A stretch of 62,747 bases of DNA, filler included, from Globobulimina sp. (taxonomy: Eukaryota): NCBI GenBank assembly GCA_003354225.1. It is 33 parts of 33 records of this genome, joined end to end, with 100 filler letters (N's around TTAATTAATTAA, not from the genome) between each part and the next. Parts side by side here need not be neighbours in the genome. Positions count along the whole stretch, not along the records: positions 45,715 to 47,518 come from PIVH01011758.1; positions 47,619 to 49,422 come from PIVH01011759.1; positions 49,523 to 51,326 come from PIVH01011760.1; positions 51,427 to 53,230 come from PIVH01011761.1; positions 53,331 to 55,134 come from PIVH01011762.1; positions 55,235 to 57,038 come from PIVH01011763.1; positions 57,139 to 58,941 come from PIVH01011764.1; 26 more parts are not named here. One strand, written 5' to 3'. The notes beneath the pieces were generated by a model, which searched no databases, had not been told where the DNA came from, and saw only the letters and a program-made list of their open reading frames with translations. Every line of letters begins with the position of its first letter. The first letter of the stretch is position 1. The position numbers and the translations under genes are program-made. Below, one piece after another: positions 45,715 through 57,653 of this stretch.

Positions 45715-47518
45715 CTTTATGTGGCGCAGAAATGCCTTCGTTCCAACTCTCGGATTGTAACTGATTTGGTGACATAAAATCTGCCGGGATTATCTTAAAA
45801 ATTGGCGGTATCTCATTGCAAAAAAATATACCATACACATTTTATATTATCTCTGGTTACATCCCCAATGGATTTACATTCAATCAATTAATACACAAAT
45901 ATAATGATGACAATATATTGCGCAATTTATTGGACAAAACTGCACAAAATTGGTATCAGGATGCAATTAAATTTGACACAGCAAAATATCCAGAAATATC
46001 GCGCGAAATATTATGGGACTATGGGTATACACGTTCGTCATTGTCCTTTTATGATTTATACAATGAGAGCATCCTCGATCAAGGCACTTGGTATAGATAT
46101 ATCAATGGCTTCCAGGGAGCATTTCGCGACCCTTTGCAACATATGCTGCCATTGCTATTTACCACGCCGGACAAAGTTAAATCGATCATACGCTATCAAC
46201 TGAAACAGCTGCAACCAAAATTCAATGACATTGCCCGATACTTCAATGTGCCATATGCATTGACTGCGAATGGCATTATGTTTGATCAGACAGTGAGTTC
46301 CGCCCCATCTGATTTAGAAATATATTTGTTATGGAGCGTCAGTGAGTATATTTTGGCTACAAAAGACATTGACTTTCTATCAGAGGAGATTTATTTGAAT
46401 GTTTTTGATGTCACACAGAATGACTATGCAAATTATTCTGTGTTGGATTGCTTGATGGAATCATATGAATTCCTACGCTCACATATCGGTATTGGGCAGC
46501 ATGGCGTAGTGCGTCTGCAGACTGGTGATTGGAGTGATTCTTTTTTGAGTCTTTCCGGTGCGAATAAAACACTCATTGAAGAGCAAGGAGAGAGTGGATT
46601 GAACACTGCGATGACAGCTTACATACTGCCGAGATTTAACAAAGTATTAGGAATGATCAATAAATCTGTGACTGAAATTGATGAATTTGCACATTTTCAA
46701 CAGAATGTGTTACGGAATGTGTTATGGAATGTATGTTACTACGTTTTGGCATATATAATCTCACAGTATTTATATACTTGAAAACAGGGATTATGGATTG
46801 ATAGAGCATGGATACCAATCAATGACAGTGCTGATGGCGAATGGTTGGGGTCATTGCAAGATGATAGAATGCATTTATTTCCTCAAATATTTACAATATT
46901 ATCAGATGTATTAAATAAAACAGCAATCAATGTGTTATTAGATTCGATTGATAAACGTTTGCGAGATTATCCAAATCCAATTGGTGCGATAAATGTGAAT
47001 CCACCGTATCCTCCAAATGGTAATATTTGGAACGGAACTCATGAGAATGGTGGAATATGGCCATCGCTGAATCATCCATTGGTCATTGCATTGTCGACCT
47101 TGAACAGTAGTATGGCATTTGATGAATGGCAAAAGAATAGTTTTGCGCACAGAGCGAATATTTATCCGCAATTATGGCCAAATATATGGAGCTCTTCAGA
47201 TGTGACCTCATCATTCCTTGTCGAGGAAACTAAAAAAAGTGCAGTTGGTACTTCAAATTGGCCCAATTTCCCTATATTGTGCACACATTCGCATGCATGG
47301 CCTTTATATTCCTTAGCAACTGGACTTGTTGGCGTTACATTTGGTCCGTACAGTATTGTCATTCAACCCGGATTGCCGCAGAATAAAGAGTTTGAATTTG
47401 GTTCATTTGGATTTGTTTCAAGATTAGTGCAAGTTCATAGAGATGATGATGGAAATTATAACGGGAGTTATACGCCGGTCAGATTTATTGGAGATGTGTT
47501 TGAAGTTGTTGTTGATTT
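45715..47518 (+). CDS. GH94-like glycoside phosphorylase catalytic region, partial
   Basis: RDPLQH, SDLEIYLLWSVSEYI..TKD.DFL, G.HG..RL.TGDWSD, GES, ENGGIW. Intron 46731-46787. Confidence 0.8.
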
Positions 47519-47711
47519 NNNNNNNNNNNNNNNNNNNNNNNNNNNNNNNNNNNNNNNNNNNNTTAATTAATTAANNNNNNNNNNNNNNNNNNNNNNNNNN
47601 NNNNNNNNNNNNNNNNNNATCAAGATATTATCAGAAAATACGCGAACACAAAAATGTACTGTTTCTGTTCACAGAAACGGTAAGATTTACTCACTCCAAA
47701 AAGACGGATTG

Positions 47712-48980
47712 TTATTTTCCTAATATCCACAGAATAAGATTTCTCCAACATTTTAAATAACATAATTTGCATAGAAAATATTTTTTCGATACGACCCATA
47801 TATTGTTAGAACACGTAAACATTAGCCACAAACAAATCGCATTCACAAACGTATCGATGATAGATTCGAGAGCAAACAAACCATATAACATCACACAAAT
47901 CCAATATGGTATGGTTGAACATAATGCAATGAATACCAATACACTATGTTTTTTAACCAATTTTCTCAATTTATCAATAAAATCAATTGACTGTTTTTGT
48001 TGCATTGTTATTGTTTTTTCAGTCACTCTTCGCAAGAATTTATTGATTCTAATTTCCATTTCTAATCCTTGATGATTCTCAATATTATCACCATATTGCT
48101 CTGCATAAATCTGTTCCGATTGGATGTACATTGCATGCAAACCTCGTGCAAATAACGCTGTTTATATAATTATACATATGTACATTTCGTAATATATATA
48201 AATAACAATAGCATATACAGTACATTTAGCAAATTTGTACTTATTTATGTGGACATATGTTGCTAAACACGGTCAACAATATATCATACCTAAAAGTATT
48301 ATGTTCATAGATATTTCCATCACTGCACAGAATGTAAACAAAATAAGTATTTCTGCATTAAATGGAGTGGCAACGTTACAAAATGCAATGTCATACGCGA
48401 ATGAATGAATAATCCATTTATTGACAGTTATCGACAATGTAATTAATGAGATAAAGAATGTAATCCATGGTATAATGTATAAAATGAGTAAAATATAAAA
48501 CTTATATTGGTACACCGTTCCATTAAAACTAATTTGTATCCGATATGTAAATATATTGTACATGACACATTTTGCAGATGAGATTGAAAAATAAGATAAA
48601 AAATAACCAAACGAACATATCTCATTCGTGAAGTTCCAATCAATAAAAAGGTTATGTCGGATAAAAGCGTACATAAATAAATGGATTAAACATAAAAATA
48701 AAAAAATATACATCAAACAATATACTTTATACTCCACATTGGTATCGATATCATCATCTTTGTTGTTTGTGTATGCGGTGTTTGTATTTGCTGCATTTGC
48801 CGTTGCTTTATCAGATCGACAATGTTCCTCATTTCGAATTCGTTTTCTATGCCGTTTTTTGCATAGCAAATGTAATGAGATATGGATGATAATCACCAGA
48901 ATTATGATAAATCCAAGCATCCCAAATATCACAGACGTCAGATAATACAATGCGTCAACTTTGTGAGTTTCCAAGCCCAT
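47712..48980 (-). CDS. 7TM GPCR-like membrane protein
   Basis: About 7 hydrophobic helices; FTYRI..SF..T.Y and D..VN.IC.WLMF motifs; intron 48158-48289. Confidence 0.7.
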
Positions 48981-49035
48981 TGTTTGAGATAATCTGTGCT
49001 GAAAACTTTGAGGAAAATACACAAGTTTTTAAGTA

Positions 49036-49422
49036 TCAGTCATTTGCTGCAAAAAGTTGTAATTGTTCAAGAAATCCTGGGTTTGGGCAAATAATTGGTC
49101 TTTTTTGTTTTGTAAATTCAAATGCTTGTTCAAATGACATCTTCTCAATCTTTATTAAATACGCAATGATTATAGTTGAACTTCGACTAATTCCGGCAAA
49201 GCAATGCACCAACACACAATTGTTATTGTTGCCATTGTTTGCATTCAATGCATTGTCAATAAAAGTAATACATGACGCAAACACAGATAATATATCACTT
49301 AATGATAAATCACTTATTTTGCATTGTAAATATTTTAAATGAGATAACTCATTTTTATCGTTTTCAAAACAATTTTCAAGTTCAACAGCCATATTTAAAA
49401 TATGTGTCACTCCGAAATTGAT
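49036..49422 (-). CDS. dual-specificity protein phosphatase, C-terminal part
   Basis: VLVHCFAGISRSSTIIIAYLI, RPIICPNPGFLEQL. Confidence 0.95.
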   Translation of the reverse strand: MNFGVTHILNMAVELENCFENDKNELSHLKYLQCKISDLSLSDILSVFASCITFIDNALNANNGNNNNCVLVHCFAGISRSSTIIIAYLIKIEKMSFEQAFEFTKQKRPIICPNPGFLEQLQLFAAND

Positions 49423-49522
49423 NNNNNNNNNNNNNNNNNNNNNNNNNNNNNNNNNNNNNNNNNNNNTTAATTAATTAANNNNNNNNNNNNNNNNNNNNNN
49501 NNNNNNNNNNNNNNNNNNNNNN

Positions 49523-49753
49523 CATTGGCCATATGTTATTACATTGGATCTCACAAAATCTGCACTTAATGTTACTGCCAATATTAAACTGTATCAAAAT
49601 GATAGTAATGATACTGAACTGTATATAAATAATAATACACTGCATCAAGACATTATAATTAGTAATAATAATGAACGGTATCAAAATATGTTATTAATAA
49701 TGTTGTTCTTTGTGTTTCTATGTTGTTCGGATTTGTACATTTTTTTAACTTGA
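49523..49753 (+). CDS. 3' end of a protein with hydrophobic C-terminus
   Basis: Open from the contig edge; N-glycosylation sequons and a terminal hydrophobic stretch. Confidence 0.45.
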   Translation, partial: HWPYVITLDLTKSALNVTANIKLYQNDSNDTELYINNNTLHQDIIISNNNERYQNMLLIMLFFVFLCCSDLYIFLT

Positions 49754-49808
49754 TTTCTTAAAGTTTTTAAGTTGAAAAGATTCCATTGTTTTTCGTATAA
49801 CAGAAAAC

Positions 49809-51135
49809 ATGGCAACGCAATTTACAAAAAGACGACCTCCACCGTCGCAGTTACAACCACCTCCACCGCCGCAGTTACAGCCACAAAATGCGTTTTTCTT
49901 TGACGAAGATAGTATTGTATTTGTATGCAATAATCGTTATGGCTTCTTATGGGTACACCTCGCTGCTGCCACCATTTCATTAACCATAGGAACAATAATT
50001 TTCATTCATGGCATAAAATCGTTAACAAGCCAAAAATTCAAAGAAATATCAAAAGTATTTGTTTATTTATTTGTAATGTGTGGAGTGTCATTCATTCTTT
50101 CCAATCTATCTTTTATCGCAGTAATTATTGGCTGTACAATGGAAGCAAACCATAAAATCGCAATATACAATTACTCGCTATCTGTATTTTTTTATGATGC
50201 AGAGCTTATCTCCCTTATATTGGTGCTTTTAGCGCGATTATATTATACCTTCAAACATGGCGCATTTGATATAAGTCGCAGGCGCGTAATTCGCATATTA
50301 GTCTGTGTTTTTATCATATTTTCATTACAAATAGTTTCCATAACGCTGTTTTTATCATTAAATTTAATAATCGTCGCATATATTATTTCCTTGGTTGCTA
50401 TTGTTTGGTATTTTATATTAAGTTGGATTTTGGTATATATGTTTGTTAAACGTTTACAGTTTTTAGGTGTGATTTTACTGCGTACGTGAATTTTTTAATA
50501 CTGTTTTTTTTTAAAATGAACAGCTGTAATAACGGCGCAATCATTGTACCAACGGACAAGAGATAACATGGCTGCGTCAGATAAACGTGTTTCTACTGAC
50601 GATCAAAAACAAAAATCGTCCACAAATGTTTCTGTGAGCAGAGCGAGTTCGTTGCGAAATAATTTAAGCGCGGGATTGAAGAAACAGCATCAGTACAAAT
50701 CATTAATTAGCACTGCTTCTAAATTCGTATCCTTATCAACTATCGCATTTAGTACAACATTATTTTGTGGGATTGTTCGTGCTTTGGGAGCAATAAGTTT
50801 GTGGGACGGTGAATTTGGTGCTGCGGTGGGTATATTGCTTCAGTTTGTGGATGGTTGCATAAATATGATTTGGTACATTTATATTTTACATTTATACTCG
50901 GCACACAATGTTTATTCTAAATAGTTTATGGTTATCGTATACGTTTTCTGCGGGGTATTACGATAAATGTTGTTTGCAATTAGATGATTTTTGTACATCG
51001 TGTGTTTTGCGATGCACTTCTCGGAAAATTGTAAAAAAATATGAAAAAGCTTTGTTTGATGGAACACGCAATTTGGATGGTTTAGGTGATCCAACAACGG
51101 AATTGGAAATGAATTCTAATGCGACGCAAATATAA
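49809..51135 (+). CDS. 7TM GPCR-like membrane protein
   Basis: Introns 50467-50523 and 50873-50924 join three ORFs in frame. LARLYYTF, VDGCINMICLWLSY, YYDKCC. Confidence 0.75.
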
Positions 51136-51426
51136 ATCTCAGCAAATATAAGAAAAAAAATATAATTCTCCGAAATTATTTTTTTTATTATTGTTTTTTC
51201 TTAAGCTTAAGCTTGTGTGAGTATATTATATATATTATTATTTGTGATAAATCTTTTTGGTCCATACGATATTTAATGAGCAGCATATGGCATTTCCATA
51301 CATCAAATAGCTAACCGTGTAAATTTNNNNNNNNNNNNNNNNNNNNNNNNNNNNNNNNNNNNNNNNNNNNTTAATTAATTAANNNNNNNNNNNNNNNNNN
51401 NNNNNNNNNNNNNNNNNNNNNNNNNN

Positions 51427-51553
51427 TTCGAACAAATCTTCTTAATCGACCCACTGGCATCGCTAAGCCTGCTCTCTGTGACTGAGAAATGCCACTCTTC
51501 CCTTTGCCGCGACCTTTGCCTTTGCCTCTTTTTCCTTTTCCTTTTGCAGACAT
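51427..51553 (-). CDS. H2A: histone H2A (divergent), 5' fragment
   Basis: GK-rich tail, then SQSQRAGLAMPVGRLRR. Confidence 0.88.
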
Positions 51554-51906
51554 ACTGATATTGAGAATGTAGATTAAAATTAAAATTTGATTGTTTGCGT
51601 TTTATTGACTAAAAAATGCAGTTTTGTCCATATTAATATAGTGATAAACCTACAAACTGAACCAAATACAATTTCATTATTCCAGTTATATTCAATAAGA
51701 TACGACAAACTGAAATTTTTAGGCAATAATAGTTCTACTACTTTTCACAATATATTTCTTCAAAATACTAAGAAATCAATATATATTTGCAATGTGCTTC
51801 AAACACAATCATGAAAGTTTAACATGCGCAGTATATAATATCTCCAAAAAACAATCATTTGTAACAAAAACGTTTAATTGCACTTACAGTTAATTGAGAT
51901 AAATTG

Positions 51907-52911
51907 TTATTTATCAAAACATTTAGAACCACTCATAGAACGTCTATTTCTAAAACCCGAAGGAATTGATTTCCTCGCATATTTACTTAGCATATGATTT
52001 ATATGCTTTTGCAATGGAGCAAATTCCCTCTTATCCACCAATTTAAATTCTTTGACAAAGCACATAAAATGCTCAAAACATTCATTCAAATAACTATCAG
52101 CATTTAATCCCAAATGATGATGGTAAATATGCGCATAAATTCTAAATAAACGCTTTAGAATGATTTTAATGATTTTTCGGAATTTCTTTGGGAAATATAA
52201 ACCATTTTGCATTGGAAAAATTCTCTTATCATTCATTTGTGTTTCAGTCCATTCAGTCAATAATTGAATATATTCCATTGCACTGCATTTAAATGGTTTC
52301 TTATATTTTATTCCATCCATCCAAAAATATTCATATTTGTTACCAGCAGTCATTCTCGGACAGGATTGTTTGGTGCAATGTTTCTTGTAATATCTCAATA
52401 AAACGGTAATTTTGTTATAAAGCTCAATTGTATGAACTGCAAACCATTTCTCCCATTGTTCTCCTTTTGGTAAATGCACAGTTTCTTTCAACCAACAATT
52501 GTAATTAATCAATGGTCCTTCAGATTTTCTCCAATAATATTTTAAACAAAGCAAACTTATTTCCTTTGGGATTATTGGTGATTTCAATTTATTTCGATTA
52601 AAACCAAATACTAAAATATTATGAAGATGTTCCGTTAATCCTTTATTAATATTTTGATTCAATACATCATCAAATACAGAATGATAAAGAGATCTTAAAT
52701 CAGAGGATGTTCGTTGAATTGTCAATGTATCAAATTCTGTTTTAACATCAAACAAATTATACTCTTTTTCATTGATAATTTTTCCTGAAAACCATTTGTG
52801 GTGTTTCTTGCTGTATATTTGAAACATTGAGTTCAAATGCCATGAGGAACGAGTTATATCCTCATATTCCTTTAAATATTGCTGTTTGATGTTTGTGTAC
52901 GGATTGCACAT
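51907..52911 (-). CDS. MOB1-family protein with long N-terminal extension
   Basis: VHLPKGE...WFAVHT, CTKQSCPRMTAG..YEYFWMD, ILKRLFRIYAHIYHHH. Confidence 0.9.
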   Translation of the reverse strand: MCNPYTNIKQQYLKEYEDITRSSWHLNSMFQIYSKKHHKWFSGKIINEKEYNLFDVKTEFDTLTIQRTSSDLRSLYHSVFDDVLNQNINKGLTEHLHNILVFGFNRNKLKSPIIPKEISLLCLKYYWRKSEGPLINYNCWLKETVHLPKGEQWEKWFAVHTIELYNKITVLLRYYKKHCTKQSCPRMTAGNKYEYFWMDGIKYKKPFKCSAMEYIQLLTEWTETQMNDKRIFPMQNGLYFPKKFRKIIKIILKRLFRIYAHIYHHHLGLNADSYLNECFEHFMCFVKEFKLVDKREFAPLQKHINHMLSKYARKSIPSGFRNRRSMSGSKCFDK

Positions 52912-53077
52912 ATTAACTTGTGAAAATGCACAGGCAACCTTGTTTTACTAACTATGAACTCCACTCTTCATTGATCATGGTTCAAGAATTCTTAGTAAAG
53001 GTCTAATCGAACTCAGAAAAGGATTATCCTCTTGTGCAAGTTCTCAAGAATACTATATCAACAAATACAATTTGAAC

Positions 53078-53117
53078 ACGTAGAATCTAAACATGTCGAC
53101 GTAGAATCTAAACATGA
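53078..53117. repeat. 18-bp direct repeat x2
   Basis: ACGTAGAATCTAAACATG twice. Confidence 0.7.
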
Positions 53118-53330
53118 TCTTGAGAACATCATATCAAAATAATATTGGGTATAGTGTGTTTTGTTGAACAGTATGCTATATACTGTTTTTACATATCACC
53201 AAACTTGCAATTTTTCCGTGTAAAAATTAANNNNNNNNNNNNNNNNNNNNNNNNNNNNNNNNNNNNNNNNNNNNTTAATTAATTAANNNNNNNNNNNNNN
53301 NNNNNNNNNNNNNNNNNNNNNNNNNNNNNN

Positions 53331-54814
53331 AAGGTTGGTTTGGTTGCATAATTCCGGCGATCTAAGTCACGTTTTAACTGACTATGTTGCTGCCGCACTT
53401 GATCAGAAATTGATGCTCTGAATGCGTCCAAATCGTTTTTGGTGATGGCATTCGGATTTGCAACGGGCGTAATTGGCGCAGGACATCGAAATCGCGAATG
53501 AACCGTAGTTCGAGCGGCTTTATCATTGTGCTTGTTACGTTTGGATGGCATATGAGGCGAAGTGCCACGGTCACGTGGTCTTTTCTTATTATTCGGGGAA
53601 TATTGATCGATCAACATCGGAGGAATCACTCTGTTTTTTAATATTAAAGGAAATTTACTTAAATTGATAATATCATTGTCCTTATTTATAACACCGCGGC
53701 CGAACAATCGATGAGTAATATGGGGGGTAATTTGTGCAATAAATTGGTTAGTTTGGGCATCGGAGTCAACGTTTGCTATGACAGCAATGCTTTTGATTAA
53801 CGGCGATTCGATTGGGAGAGATAAATCAAATTTGAATAATATTAAATTCGCGACGATTGCAGCTAAGACGGTGGATCGCTTGATATCAGAATTTCCAGTG
53901 AGCGCTTTCAATTCGTGGCTCTCAGTTTGCACCGACTCTGTAAAATTTGTATGATTTGAATGCATTGCAGATTTAATGAGATCGTCAGAATCATCAGCAA
54001 CGGTTTGCTGCGAATTAATTAAATTGATTAAACTGTTGGTTTGCTGTGAAAATGAGGTATGAGAGGAGACAGACGACGTTTTATGTTCGCCGGAACCTGA
54101 ATTTTCTGGAGTTTCATTGATGGAATAACTTAAGCCATTAAAAAGAGCGCTGTTCGGCGAGCTTTCCTCATTTTCAATTTCTTCCTGGGAGTGAGATATC
54201 AAAACATCAACGTCTTGATCATCATCGTCATTATCGACGAAATCTGATGCATTACCATTGAGAAACTCGAATGCATCGAAATCAGATACTTCATCATAAT
54301 TTGCGTAATCTGTGGAGCCTTTGAACGACTCATATTCATCTTTGGTCAATTTGGCGGCGCATAACAACAATAAATCATGCACGCTACCAATTTGGTTACC
54401 TTTTTTTGCGCGCTTCTTAACGATTTGGAGAAATAGTTTGAATGATTGCAATGACGAACGGTTTGTTGTCGGCACGAAATAAAGTTTTGAATCGGGCTGT
54501 TGTATTAATTGGATAAGGAAGGAAACCTCGGCGGTATTGAAATGGTCGACGGTATTCTTTGAACTTGATTTTTTTAAATTGGCTTTGAAGAAACTGAATT
54601 TCCATCGATGCTTCAATTCTTTTTTATCACTCTTGGATATATTGGTAAACGCATGCTGGACAATATCACTGTTGCCATATAACGGAACGGCTGAGGCCAT
54701 ATATCGAGTATATAGAGGGCTAATTGGTCGGCACTTAACGAGAGAATGGCGAGGAGGATAAAAAAGTTGAAGAAGTTTCAAACACACAGAGTTTTTCACT
54801 TCAAACATACACAC
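53331..54814 (-). CDS. intronless hypothetical protein, 3'-partial
   Basis: Open frame of about 490 codons; likely ATG near 54700 (MASAVPLY). No domain recognised. Confidence 0.6.
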
Positions 54815-55631
54815 AATAAAACAAACTCAAAATACACAGATCATCTGCTCAGGTTTGATAATATGATATATTTCAAGTTCTTGCAAGTGTGAATAACTTT
54901 TATTTTTTTTACGAGCTAACGGGAGAAATAATTGTATAATTTAAATTAAATTTATTTTTGGATTGATTGTTATTTTGTTGACAGTAAACAACAAATTACA
55001 AACAACAATAACATACATAAAACCCATATCCCGTAAGGCTCAATTTGCTGTTTAAAATTTTACGTGGCCGCAAAGAAACATTTTAAATGAAGGAATGCAG
55101 AGAACGTAGAGAAAATTGAAAGAGTATTTAAAAANNNNNNNNNNNNNNNNNNNNNNNNNNNNNNNNNNNNNNNNNNNNTTAATTAATTAANNNNNNNNNN
55201 NNNNNNNNNNNNNNNNNNNNNNNNNNNNNNNNNNAATGAAAGTACTGTATTATTTGACATGATGTGCATGATTGTAGCTAAACTAGAGAGTTTTTAACAC
55301 TTTTTTCGAATTTAATCTCGCAATGTGGCGATTACGCAATCAATATCAAAAAACGATTGTTAATTTGGAAATTAGAATGGCAAATTGTGTCAAAATTAGA
55401 TCACATAGTCGAAGCTTTTATTATTAGCAAACACAGAGCGAACATTTAATGACAAACTTTATCAACAACAATTCGAAAATATACTTTGTTTGAATTTGAG
55501 ACAAATAGAAAAAACAAAATATAAATCACATAACACATGTTTTACAATAACGAAAGGATGAAAGGAAAAAAAGAAAAGTGAATTATTCATAAAACAATAA
55601 TATAATACAATAAATAGTGAATCATAGCATA

Positions 55632-57038
55632 TCAAATAGCATAATTTGCCAATAATCCTTTATCTACATTTGGCGTATTTGGTACATTATCATCACGGTC
55701 ATTATAATCATAATCAGTATAGATGCCATCCGACGAATACTCAGAATCAGACTGTCCGTGCATACGTGGTCGATATGGTGGCAATATTTCCCGATTTAAT
55801 AATTTAATCCAATCAATGCTGGCAAACCATGCATGTTTCCTGATGTCACCAACATCGTCGACATAGCCTAACCGTTCAGTTGGATCCCTATTTAATAATT
55901 TTGTAATTAAATCTAGACATTGTGAATTTATATACGATGGGAACATTAATCGCTGATTTTGTATTTTCTGATACATTTCCATATTGGAAGCACTGTAAAA
56001 CGGCACAATGCCCACAACCAACTCAAACAGCAATATACCAAACGACCACCAATCCACATTCTTGTCATAGTTGCATCTGCTCAGTATTTCTGGTGCTAAG
56101 TAATCGGGGGTACCGCAGAAGGTATTCATTACACCATTTCCTATTTTCTTACACAGTCCAAAGTCACACACACATATATGTCCATGTTCGTCCATCAATA
56201 AATTCTCAGGTTTCAAGTCTCGATAAACTATGCCGCCACTATGTAAGCAGCCGATTGCCAACGCCACTTCGGCCACGATATGCTTTGCCTCATCTTGGCT
56301 GAATTTCTTTTTTAATTTCAAATGACTCATTAAATCTCCGTAACGGAAATAATCCAAAACCAAATAGATTTTAGATTCGGTTTGAAACACATAATGTGCT
56401 CTGAGTTAAGTGTAAAAAAAGTATATTTAAAGTTTGTGTGCAAAGAGGTTGTCATGATTGCAGGTAAAGTTTTTTTTTTTTACAAAGTGGTTTTCTATAC
56501 TGCACCATGTCAACATCCTGCAATGCAAAGAAAGCCTACGTACCTTAACAAAAATGGATGTTTTATCGTCTTCAACACTTTGATCTCTTGATTTATATTA
56601 TCCTCCTGTTGTTGCGCAATAATCTGCGTCTTCTTCAACACTTTCATAGCATATTTGGTGCCGCCATTTTTCTTCTTCACCAACATAATCTTACCGAAGG
56701 TTCCCCGTCCAATGACCGACATAAACTGAAAATCTTTGCGTTTCAATCTTTTGCGCTTCTTCTTCTTCACAGTGAAGGGAGACAACGTTAACGGCGATAG
56801 CGAGGTCCGCGGTGATGTCGTGAATGGCGTTTCTAAACGCGGCGATGTAATGGGAGAGGTCAAATGTATTGACATACCACTTAAACCATGCACAATATGC
56901 AAGCTATCCATGCCACCATTTCCCGGCAGATTTTCCTTAATTTCATCCTCAATCACATGGCCATTCAAAGTATCCGCGTCAAGCTCATCGTCGTTGAACT
57001 CGGAAAAGTCCTTAAATTCGAGCAACTGTTTGCTGTCT
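55632..57038 (-). CDS. AGC-group Ser/Thr kinase (Akt/SGK/S6K-like), 5'-partial
   Basis: IGRGTFGKI, YAMKVLKK, YRDLKPEN, DFG, TFCGTPDYLAPE, DWWSFG; intron 56401-56543. Confidence 0.95.
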
Positions 57039-57138
57039 NNNNNNNNNNNNNNNNNNNNNNNNNNNNNNNNNNNNNNNNNNNNTTAATTAATTAANNNNNN
57101 NNNNNNNNNNNNNNNNNNNNNNNNNNNNNNNNNNNNNN

Positions 57139-57286
57139 TTTCAACGATTAGCAAAGTTTTTGGTTAGCTAGAGTGGTTTTCAACCTAGTATTCGAAGTTG
57201 ACCTAGGTCATCCAATACTAGGTCAACTTCGAATACTTGGTTGAAAACCACTATAACTAACCCAAAAACCTTGCCAATCGTTGAAA
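57139..57286. repeat. near-perfect foldback, ~68-bp arms, 11-nt loop
   Basis: 57139-57206 pairs with 57218-57286 with 5 substitutions and 1 indel. Confidence 0.9.
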
Positions 57287-57524
57287 TGAAATGAAACGAA
57301 ACTAAGCCAAAAAAGTTAAATCAAATGCTACGTACATTTGCTATTTTGTTTTCTTATTTTTCTGATGATTTTCAAAATATTTGAGTGCATAATACAGCAC
57401 GATTTCAGATGCAATTGTCAGATATCAAAATTGACATTGACATTAAAATTACCTGAAAACAGAAAAAATTGAAGTTTAGTTAGACATACTAATCTAATGG
57501 TAGCTGTATAAAAATTAATTATGA

Positions 57525-57632
57525 CTGAATGTTATTTTTAGTATGAATGTGTGTTGTAAGGTGTTTGTTTCTAGATAGGGTTATTTTAAACAAATGAATG
57601 TTATTTTTAGTATAGCTGAATGTTATTTTTAG
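57525..57632. repeat. TGAATGTTATTTTTAG x3 upstream of the F-box gene
   Basis: Three exact 16-bp copies. Confidence 0.75.
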
Positions 57633-57653
57633 ACGACCAACAGTAGACATACC

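Noticed and set aside
51554-55631. tRNA, rRNA or snRNA genes in the longer intergenic stretches
   Set aside because: No cloverleaf or conserved RNA motif recognised by eye. An Infernal/tRNAscan run would be needed to exclude them.
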